Source: an uncultured Dehalococcoidia bacterium
GTDB lineage: Bacteria > Chloroflexota > Dehalococcoidia > Bin125
DNA: 64,000 nucleotides
Direction of reading: 5' to 3'
Assembly (NCBI GenBank): GCA_958295515.1
Contig: CATQGW010000001.1
Span: 777,522 to 841,521 of the forward strand
Shown one piece after another: positions 56,857 through 64,000 of this stretch. The notes under the pieces are model-generated. The model saw only the letters and a list, made by a program, of their open reading frames with translations, searched no databases and had not been told where the DNA came from. The stretch's first letter is position 1. Each line of letters starts with the position of its first letter. The position numbers were made by a program, and so were the translations under genes.

Positions 56857-58107
56857 GTGAGCATCATGAGTGAACGATCGGGCGGCGTGGGCAGCGCTGA
56901 CAACGTTGAGCAGTATGCCTCCGCCGAGGGGCTGCGCGTCGCCGAAGCGAGCCGCTGGCGGCGCGCGGCGCGCGGCCTCGGCACGTTCATGCGCACCAAG
57001 CAGCTCGGCGCATTCGGGCTGATCGTGGTGGTCTTGTGGAGTGTGATCGCGGTGGGCACGGTGGGCGACGGCGGGGGCTGGCTCGGCCTGGGCCGCTACG
57101 ACTCCCGCGCGGTCTTCGAGATCGCCTCGGTCTCCTACGCGGACGACAAGCTGGCGAACGCGCTCGACGGGCTGGACGCAGATATCTCGACGGCTGCGCA
57201 GCGGGAGCTCGTCTCCGATCCGCAGATTTTCGGCCAGGTGGCCATCGACAACGCCGTCGCCGGCGAGATGGTCGACTACGGGCTGGAGCTGATCGCGGAC
57301 GGCATCCTGCTGGACACCCTGATCGATGCTGAGCAGATCGAGATCGAGGACGGCCAAATCAAGGATGTGGACGCGCTGCTCGCCACCGGTACGGATAACC
57401 CGCTGATTACGGCCTCGCTGCTGGACCCCTCGGGCAAGCACTGGTTCGGCACCGACCGCGCCGGCCACGACCTCTTCTCGCGCGTCACCGAAGGCGCGCG
57501 CCTCTCGCTCTACATCGGCTTCTTCGCCACCCTGATCGGGGTCGGAATCGGGACGGTCGTCGGCTTGCTGGCCGGCTCGTTGGGCGGCGCCGTCGACCTG
57601 ATGGTGAACCGGGTCATGGACGCCATCCAGGCCTTCCCGCCGATCGTCTTCCTGCTGCTGATCGCCTCGGTCACCGACCCCTCGGCGCTCTGGGTGACGC
57701 TCTCCCTGGCGGTGCTTGGAGTTGCGCCAACCAATCGGATTGTGCGCGGCAGCGTGATTCAGATCCGCGAAATGCCGTACGTGGAGGCGGCGCGGACGAT
57801 TGGGGCCACGGCGGGGCGGATCATGGGCTTCCACATTCTGCCCAACATCTTCGCGCCGCTGATCGTGATCTTCTCGATCACGATCGGCGCGTTCATCCTC
57901 GCCGAAGCCGCGCTCAGCTTCCTCGGCCTGGGCACGCTCGATGTGTCGTGGGGCAAGATGATCGCCGACGGGCGGCAGTTCATCGTGTACTCGCCCTGGA
58001 CTTCGCTCTGGGCCGGTCTCGCCCTCACGTCGCTCGTCTTCGGCTTCAATGTGCTCGGCGACGCGCTGCGCGATGTGCTTGACCCGCGTCTGCGCGGCTC
58101 GCGCTGA
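56857..58107 (+). CDS. ABC transporter permease (DppC/OppC type) with extended periplasmic loop
   Basis: C-terminal BPD_transp_1 with ..EAARTIGAT.. motif; 416 aa. Confidence 0.75.
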   Translation: MSIMSERSGGVGSADNVEQYASAEGLRVAEASRWRRAARGLGTFMRTKQLGAFGLIVVVLWSVIAVGTVGDGGGWLGLGRYDSRAVFEIASVSYADDKLANALDGLDADISTAAQRELVSDPQIFGQVAIDNAVAGEMVDYGLELIADGILLDTLIDAEQIEIEDGQIKDVDALLATGTDNPLITASLLDPSGKHWFGTDRAGHDLFSRVTEGARLSLYIGFFATLIGVGIGTVVGLLAGSLGGAVDLMVNRVMDAIQAFPPIVFLLLIASVTDPSALWVTLSLAVLGVAPTNRIVRGSVIQIREMPYVEAARTIGATAGRIMGFHILPNIFAPLIVIFSITIGAFILAEAALSFLGLGTLDVSWGKMIADGRQFIVYSPWTSLWAGLALTSLVFGFNVLGDALRDVLDPRLRGSR

Positions 58108-58179
58108 TCCCCAGCGCGCCCCGCACCCCAAATTTGCCACCAGCGCCCCATCGGGGCGACTCGGACGCAGGAGGACACG

Positions 58180-60174
58180 ATGAGCAGCGAGCGAAACTAC
58201 TGGCAGCGGATGCGGCGGTCGCGGATGAGTCGGCGCGCGCTGCTGCGCGCCTCGGGGCGCGCCGGCGTGGGCGCGGCAGGTCTGGCGCTGGTCGGCTGCG
58301 GCGACGATGACGACGATGACCAGCAGACGGTCGCGCAACGCGCGCCGCAGCAGCAGGATCAGCCGGCGCAGCAGCCGGCGATGCAGCAGCAACAGACGAC
58401 GCAACAGCAGCAGCAGGCGGCGGACACGCAGGCGCAGGCGGCGGATCAGCAGGACGCGCCGGCCGACGACGAGCAGTCCGACCCGCAGCAGACGGTATCG
58501 CAGAGCAACATCGTGCGCGGCGGCGACCTGCGCTTCTCGACGCCGGCGGCCACGCACGATTATTTCGACCCGCACCGCGGCGTCTTCGGCCCTACCCAGT
58601 TCTGGATGGGCTTCTACATGAACTACCTGATCCGCTGGCGCAACAAGGAGCAGGGCATCCTGGAGGCGGATGTCGCCTCGCTGCCGGAGATTCCCGACGA
58701 GGAGACCTACATCTTCGCCGTGGATCAGGGCGCCCGCTTCTGGGACCGCTACCCGACGGAGGGCGGGCGCGAGGTGACGGCGGAGGACGTGCAGATCAAT
58801 TTCCAGCGGCAGATCGACGCGGTCGACGCGACCGGCACGGAGGACGGCACATTCCTGGGCGCCTCCTCCTTCCAGAAGACGGCGTCGACGGACGTGCCGG
58901 ACAATCAGACCTTCATCGCCCGCACGGCGGGACCGGACGCGACCTGGATGGGCGTGCCGCTGCGCCCGTTCAGCTGGATCACGTCGCCCGAGGCGATTCA
59001 GGAGTTCGGCGACCGCTGGCGCGACGAGCCGACCAACGTCGAGCTCTCCAGCGGCACCGGGCCCTTCATCCCGATCAGCTACGACGCGGATATCGGCGTC
59101 GACATGATTCGCAACGAGAACTACTGGAAGCTGGGCGTCGATGGGCGGCCGCTGCCCTACTACGACAGCGTCACCCACTCCAACCTGACCGACCCGACGG
59201 CGGTGGAGGCGGCCTACCGCGGCAAGGAAATCTTCGTCGGCGGCTTCCCGCTCTCGACTGTGCAGGCGGATGCGATCCTGGCCGATTTCCCGGACCACCG
59301 CTCGGGGCAGATCGCGTTCGGCTTCACGATCATCACGGGCGGCGCGAACTTCAACCCCGACTGGGCCGGCGAGGACGGTCTGGGCAACCCCTGGATTGAC
59401 CGCCGCTTCGCGCAGGCGATGCATGTCGCGGTGGACCGCTACCTGATGATCGACGCGGTCTACCTCGGCTCGGGCAAGCCCAGCGGGATGGGCGAGACGC
59501 CGTGGTACAACGCCTTCTGGGCGGTTCCCGAAGAGGAGCTGCTGGCCACGCCGGGCTTCCGGCCGGACCGCGCGGCGGACATCGAAGAGGCGCGCGCGCT
59601 GCTGGACGCGAGCGGCTACGACCGCAGCCGCTCGCTCACGCTGATCGCGCCGGACATCTGGGAGGGCACCTACCCGGGCATCCTCGAGACCGAAGTGGGG
59701 ATGTACCGCGAGGCGCTGGACATCGACGTGACCTTCGATGTGCAGCCCTACACGGTGATCCTGCAGCGCTGGATCGAGGGCACCTATCCGGGCCAGGGTC
59801 CGCAGTGGACCAACCCGCCTTCGGACCTCGATCCGACGACCTCCTACAACAACAACTACGTGCCCGGCGGCAGCACGAACAACCTCTACTACGACTTCCA
59901 GCCGATGACGGACATCGCGCAGGAGATGCAGACGACGCTGGATCTGGAGCAGCGCCAGTCGATGGCGCACGAGGCGCAGCGGATTCTGCTGGGCACGCAC
60001 CCCGACTACGGGCTGGAGGGGATCGCCAACAGCCCGGCGGTGATGAACGGCATCTCGCCGGCGCTCTGGTGGCCGTTCGTGGAGCGCCCCGACGACAGCC
60101 TGCAGTTCGCCCACGCCTCGCACCGCTACGACGAGGGCTGGATCGATGTGAACCACCCCGACTACCCGGCCTAG
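58180..60174 (+). CDS. ABC transporter substrate-binding lipoprotein, family 5, paralog 2
   Basis: MSSERNYWQRMRRSRMSRRALLRASGRAGVGAAGLALVGCGDDDDDD...Q-rich linker. Confidence 0.8.
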   Translation: MSSERNYWQRMRRSRMSRRALLRASGRAGVGAAGLALVGCGDDDDDDQQTVAQRAPQQQDQPAQQPAMQQQQTTQQQQQAADTQAQAADQQDAPADDEQSDPQQTVSQSNIVRGGDLRFSTPAATHDYFDPHRGVFGPTQFWMGFYMNYLIRWRNKEQGILEADVASLPEIPDEETYIFAVDQGARFWDRYPTEGGREVTAEDVQINFQRQIDAVDATGTEDGTFLGASSFQKTASTDVPDNQTFIARTAGPDATWMGVPLRPFSWITSPEAIQEFGDRWRDEPTNVELSSGTGPFIPISYDADIGVDMIRNENYWKLGVDGRPLPYYDSVTHSNLTDPTAVEAAYRGKEIFVGGFPLSTVQADAILADFPDHRSGQIAFGFTIITGGANFNPDWAGEDGLGNPWIDRRFAQAMHVAVDRYLMIDAVYLGSGKPSGMGETPWYNAFWAVPEEELLATPGFRPDRAADIEEARALLDASGYDRSRSLTLIAPDIWEGTYPGILETEVGMYREALDIDVTFDVQPYTVILQRWIEGTYPGQGPQWTNPPSDLDPTTSYNNNYVPGGSTNNLYYDFQPMTDIAQEMQTTLDLEQRQSMAHEAQRILLGTHPDYGLEGIANSPAVMNGISPALWWPFVERPDDSLQFAHASHRYDEGWIDVNHPDYPA

Positions 60175-60244
60175 GCCGCACGGCGGCGCGCCGAATTCGC
60201 TACCATCGCGCCTCAATCCGAACGACTCGGATGAGGAGGACACG

Positions 60245-62245
60245 ATGAGCAGCGAGCGGAACTACTGGCAGCGGATGCGGCGGTCGCGGATGAGTCGGCG
60301 CGCGCTGCTGCGCGCCTCGGGGCGCGCCGGCGTGGGCGCGGCCGGTCTGGCGCTGGTCGGCTGCGGCGACGATGACGACGACGATGACCAGCAGCAGGCG
60401 GTCGCGCAGACGGCGCGGCAGCAACAGCAGCAGGCCGACGCCGTCCAGCAGGCGCAGCAACAGCAGCAGGCGCAGAGCCGCGCCGATCAGCAGGCGCAGC
60501 AGGCCGATCAGCAGGAGCAGAGCGCCGACGCGCAGGCCGACCAGCAGCAACAACAGCAGGAGCTGGTCGCCGAGAGCAACATCGTGCGCGGCGGCGACCT
60601 GCGCTTCTCGACGCCGGCCGCCTCGCACGACTACTTCGACCCGCACCGCGGCGTCTTCGGGCCCACCCAATACTGGATGGGCTTCTACATGAACAACATG
60701 ATCCGCTGGCGCAACAAAGAGCAGGCGGTCATGGAGTCGGACATCTGCGCGCTGCCGGAAATCCCCGACGAACTAACCTACGTCTTCACGCTCGATCAGG
60801 GCGCGCGCTTCTGGGACCAATACCCCACCGAAGGCGGCCGCCTGGTGACCGCCGAGGATATCCGCGCCAACTTCCAGCGCCACATCGACGGCCAGGACGC
60901 GACGGGCGCGGAGGACGGCTCGTTCCTGCACCAGGACTCCTACGCCAAGACCTCATCAATGGAGACGCCCGACGACATCACGTTCATCGCCAGGACGGAG
61001 GGTCCGGACGCGACCTGGATGGGCGTGCCGCTGGGACCGTTCGCCTGGGTCACCTCGCCGGAGGCGATCTCGGAGTTCGGCGACCGCTGGCGCGACGAAT
61101 CGACCAATGTCGAACTCTCCTCCGGCACCGGCATGATGATCCCGCTCTCCTACGACCCCGATCTGGGGATCGACATGAAGCGCAACGAGAACTACTGGAA
61201 GATGGGCGCGGACGGGCTGCCGCTGCCCTACTTCGATCAGGTCACCTTCGCCAATCTGACCGACCCGACCGCCGTTGAAGCCGCTTACCGCGGGCGCGAA
61301 ATCATCATCGGGGGCTTCCCGCTCTCCTCGGTGCAGGTTGATGCGATCACATCCGACTTCCCCGATCACCCGCGCGGCAACCTCGCCTTCGGCTTCACGA
61401 TCATCACCGGGCTCTTCAACCTCAGCCCCGACTGGAACGGCTGGGACGGGCTGGGCAACCCCTACCTCGACCGCCGCTTCTGCCAGGCGCTGCATGTGGC
61501 GGTGGACCGCTACCTGATGATCGACACCGTGTACCTCGGCTCGGGCAAGCCGAGCGGCCAGGAAGACACGCCCTGGTTTAACACCTACTGGGCGATCCCC
61601 GAGGACGAGCTGCTGCAAACGCCGGGCTTTCGGCCCGACCGCGAGGCCGACATCATGGAGGCGCGCGCGCTGCTCGACGCCTCGGGCTACGACATCAACC
61701 GCCACTTGCAGCTGATCGGCCCGGACATCTGGGAGCAGACCTACCCCGGCATCTTCGAGACCGAGATCAACATGTACCGCGAGGCGCTGGGGCTGGACAT
61801 CTCGTTCGATGTGCAGCCCTACACGGTGATCCTCCAGCGCTGGATTGAGGGCACCTACCCGGGCAGCGGTCCGCAGTGGACCAACCCGCCGGTGGAGTTG
61901 GATCCGACCACGGCCTACAACAACCGCTTCATCCCGGGCGGCAGCTGGAACAACCTCAACTACGAGTACCAGCCGATGGAGGACCTCGCGCGCCGGATGC
62001 GGGTCACGCTGGATCAGGAAGAGCGCCGCGAGATGGCGCACACCGCCCAGCGGATCGCCTTCGGCACGCACCCCGATCACGGCCTCGACGGCATCTCCCC
62101 CACCCCGGCGGTGATGAACGGCATCTCGCCCGCCGTCTGGTGGCCCTTCGTCCACCGCGGTGAGGACACGCTCCAGTTCGCCCACGCCTCGCACCGCATG
62201 GACGACACCTGGATCGATGTGAACCACCCCGACTACCCGGCCTAG
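60245..62245 (+). CDS. ABC transporter substrate-binding lipoprotein, family 5, paralog 3
   Basis: Same leader/lipobox; conserved 5' UTR with GAGGAGG SD. Confidence 0.8.
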   Translation: MSSERNYWQRMRRSRMSRRALLRASGRAGVGAAGLALVGCGDDDDDDDQQQAVAQTARQQQQQADAVQQAQQQQQAQSRADQQAQQADQQEQSADAQADQQQQQQELVAESNIVRGGDLRFSTPAASHDYFDPHRGVFGPTQYWMGFYMNNMIRWRNKEQAVMESDICALPEIPDELTYVFTLDQGARFWDQYPTEGGRLVTAEDIRANFQRHIDGQDATGAEDGSFLHQDSYAKTSSMETPDDITFIARTEGPDATWMGVPLGPFAWVTSPEAISEFGDRWRDESTNVELSSGTGMMIPLSYDPDLGIDMKRNENYWKMGADGLPLPYFDQVTFANLTDPTAVEAAYRGREIIIGGFPLSSVQVDAITSDFPDHPRGNLAFGFTIITGLFNLSPDWNGWDGLGNPYLDRRFCQALHVAVDRYLMIDTVYLGSGKPSGQEDTPWFNTYWAIPEDELLQTPGFRPDREADIMEARALLDASGYDINRHLQLIGPDIWEQTYPGIFETEINMYREALGLDISFDVQPYTVILQRWIEGTYPGSGPQWTNPPVELDPTTAYNNRFIPGGSWNNLNYEYQPMEDLARRMRVTLDQEERREMAHTAQRIAFGTHPDHGLDGISPTPAVMNGISPAVWWPFVHRGEDTLQFAHASHRMDDTWIDVNHPDYPA

Positions 62246-62315
62246 GCCGCACGGCGTCGCGCCGAATTCGCTACCATCGCGCCCTAATCCGAGCAACTCG
62301 GATGAGGAGGGCACG

Positions 62316-64000
62316 ATGAGCAGCGAGCGGAACTACTGGCAGCGGATGCGGCGATCGCGGATGAGTCGGCGCGCGCTGCTGCGCGCCTCGGGCCGCGCCG
62401 GTGTGGGCGCGGCCGGTCTGGCGCTGGTCGGCTGCGGCGACGATGACGACGACGATGACCAGCAGCAGGCGGCCGCGCAGACGGCGCGGGAGCAGCAACA
62501 GCAGCAGGCTCAGCCCGCCGCCGCGCAGCAGGCCGCGCAGCAGCAGCAGGCGGAGGCCGCCGCCGACCGCGCCGACCAGCAGGAGCAGCAGCAGAGCAGC
62601 GCCGATCAGGACGCACAGGCTCAGCAGACGGTCTCGCAATCCAACATCACGCGCGGCGGCACGCTGCGCTTCTCGACGCCGGCGGCGACGCACGACTACT
62701 TCGATCCGCACCGCGCGGTGTTCGGCCCCACCCAGTTCTGGATGGGGTTCTACATGAACTACCTGATCCGCTGGCGCAACAAGGAGCAGGGCATCCTCGA
62801 GAGCGATATCGCCTCGCTGCCCGAGATTCCCGACGCGGAGACCTACATCTTCTCGATCGACCGCGGCGCGCGCTTCTGGGACCAGTACCCGACCGAAGGC
62901 GGCCGAGAGGTGACGGCGCAGGACATCGAGGCCAATTTCCAGCGCCAGATCGACGCGGCCGACGCCTCGGGTGCGGAGGACAGCACCTTCCTCGGCGCCT
63001 CGGCCTTCCGCAAGACCGCTGCGATGGAGACGCCCGACGAGCTCACCTTCATCGCCAAGTCGGACGGGATCGACGCGACCTGGCTGAGTGTGCCGCTGCG
63101 CCCCTTCGCCTGGATCACCTCGCCCGAGGCGATCTCCGAGTTCGGCGACCGCTGGCGCGACGAGGCCGGCAATGTCGACCTGTCGTCGGGCACCGGGGCC
63201 TACATCCCGTTGACCTACGACCCCGACCTCGGCATCGACATGGCGCGCAATCCGAACTACTGGAAGATGGGCGCCGACGGCCAGCCGCTGCCCTACATGG
63301 ACTCCGTGGACATGAAGAATTTGACCGATCCGACGGCGGTCGAAACCGCCTACCGCAGCAAGGAGATCGATGTCGGCGGCTTCCCGCTCTCGACCGTGCA
63401 GGCGGCGGCGATCGGCAACGACTTCCCGGACCACCCGCAGGGCCAGATCGCCTTCGGCTTCACGATCATCACCGGCATCTTCAACTACAACCCCGACTGG
63501 CCCGGCGAAGACGGGCTCGGCAACCCATTCCTCGATCGGCGCTTCTGCTACGCGCTGCACCTCGCGGTGGACCGCTACCTGATGATCGACGCCGTCTATC
63601 TCGGCTCCGGCAAGCCCTCCGGCCAGGAGCACACGCCCTGGTACAACACCTACTGGGCGATCGACGAGGAAGAGCTGCTCGCTACGCCGGGCTACCGCCC
63701 GGACCGGGAGGCGGACATCGCCGACGCCCGCGCCTACCTCGACGCCTCGGGCTACGACAAAGAACGCGAGCTGCTGCTCTACGCGCCCGACATCTGGGAG
63801 GGCACCTACCCGGGCATCCTGGAGACCGAGAAGAACATGTTCGAGGAGGCGCTGGGCATCCCCGTCTCCTTCAACATCCAGCCCTACACGGTGCTGCTCC
63901 AGCGCTGGGTCTCGAAGACCTACCCCGGCGGCGGGCCGCAGTGGACCAACCCGCCCGACGACCTCGACCCGACGACCTCGTATCTGCAGAACCTGACGCC
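62316..64000 (+). CDS. ABC transporter substrate-binding lipoprotein, family 5, paralog 4 (3' end beyond window)
   Basis: MSSERNYWQRMRRSRMSRRALLRASGRAGVGAAGLALVGCGDDDDDDD...; open to window end. Confidence 0.75.
   Translation, partial: MSSERNYWQRMRRSRMSRRALLRASGRAGVGAAGLALVGCGDDDDDDDQQQAAAQTAREQQQQQAQPAAAQQAAQQQQAEAAADRADQQEQQQSSADQDAQAQQTVSQSNITRGGTLRFSTPAATHDYFDPHRAVFGPTQFWMGFYMNYLIRWRNKEQGILESDIASLPEIPDAETYIFSIDRGARFWDQYPTEGGREVTAQDIEANFQRQIDAADASGAEDSTFLGASAFRKTAAMETPDELTFIAKSDGIDATWLSVPLRPFAWITSPEAISEFGDRWRDEAGNVDLSSGTGAYIPLTYDPDLGIDMARNPNYWKMGADGQPLPYMDSVDMKNLTDPTAVETAYRSKEIDVGGFPLSTVQAAAIGNDFPDHPQGQIAFGFTIITGIFNYNPDWPGEDGLGNPFLDRRFCYALHLAVDRYLMIDAVYLGSGKPSGQEHTPWYNTYWAIDEEELLATPGYRPDREADIADARAYLDASGYDKERELLLYAPDIWEGTYPGILETEKNMFEEALGIPVSFNIQPYTVLLQRWVSKTYPGGGPQWTNPPDDLDPTTSYLQNLT

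Noticed and set aside
55633-60243. 1536-aa minus-strand ORF
   Set aside because: It is antisense across the permease and SBP genes and is Arg/Val/Gly-rich with no motifs.
1-64000. CRISPR arrays, integrase/transposase genes, rRNA
   Set aside because: No repeat-spacer architecture, no recognisable tyrosine/serine recombinase or DDE transposase motifs, and no rRNA-like segments were seen. The only regular tandem repeats are the 10-mer minisatellite and the coiled-coil coding repeats.

Overview
This is a ~68% GC bacterial chromosomal window, possibly from a Chloroflexi- or Actinobacteria-like genome. The following can be supported from the sequence.

- **Housekeeping genes.** The 3'-truncated leuA-like 2-isopropylmalate synthase on the minus strand, mnmA, rsfS, ndk, tsaB, tsaE, an acyl-CoA carboxyltransferase beta subunit, an acyl-CoA synthetase, an F420/LLM oxidoreductase, a 2-hydroxyacid dehydrogenase, a serine hydrolase, an ABC-2 exporter pair, a fused CydDC-like ABC exporter overlapping a SAM methyltransferase by ATGA, and two tRNA-Ser genes.

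- **higB/higA tandem module.** Two copies sit next to leuA; each HigA is fused to an ImmA/IrrE (HEXXH) peptidase domain. The first copy's higB is internally deleted. A ~125 bp near-identical direct repeat, which duplicates the leuA start codon and leader, flanks the first copy.

- **Giant paralogous surface proteins.** Three very large signal-peptide-bearing proteins share a ~600 aa C-terminal region ending in an unrecognised ~70 aa terminal domain. Two have internal ~100 aa domain repeats and one has FG-GAP repeats. Two are each followed by a duplicated D-aminoacylase-family amidohydrolase.
 - Two of the giant genes carry an almost identical ~130 nt leader ending in a G13 homopolymer at the translation start.
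 - A lipoprotein gene further on is split by a C15 tract between its signal peptide and mature domain.
 - Together these look like slipped-strand phase-variation switches.

- **RelA/SpoT alarmone-synthetase-like gene.** It overlaps a small downstream gene by 26 nt, and that small gene has a paralog just downstream. This is a candidate toxSAS-like module.

- **Candidate defence island downstream of the tRNA-Ser pair.** It contains a phage Gp37/Gp68 (DUF5131, C-x5-C-x2-C) protein and an ATGA-overlapped operon of an N4/N6 DNA methyltransferase plus a SIR2-like protein.

- **Separate Type II-like R-M pair** (PD-(D/E)XK nuclease plus beta-class MTase) wedged between ndk and tsaB.

- **13-copy 10-bp tandem repeat (TCGATCACAR)** in an intergenic region.

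- **Family-5 ABC uptake locus.** Four tandem paralogous Tat-lipoprotein substrate-binding proteins have poly-Asp/poly-Gln linkers. Two permeases serve them, and one permease carries LysM-like insertions in its periplasmic loop.

Many long antisense ORFs in the supplied track are high-GC artefacts and were ignored.
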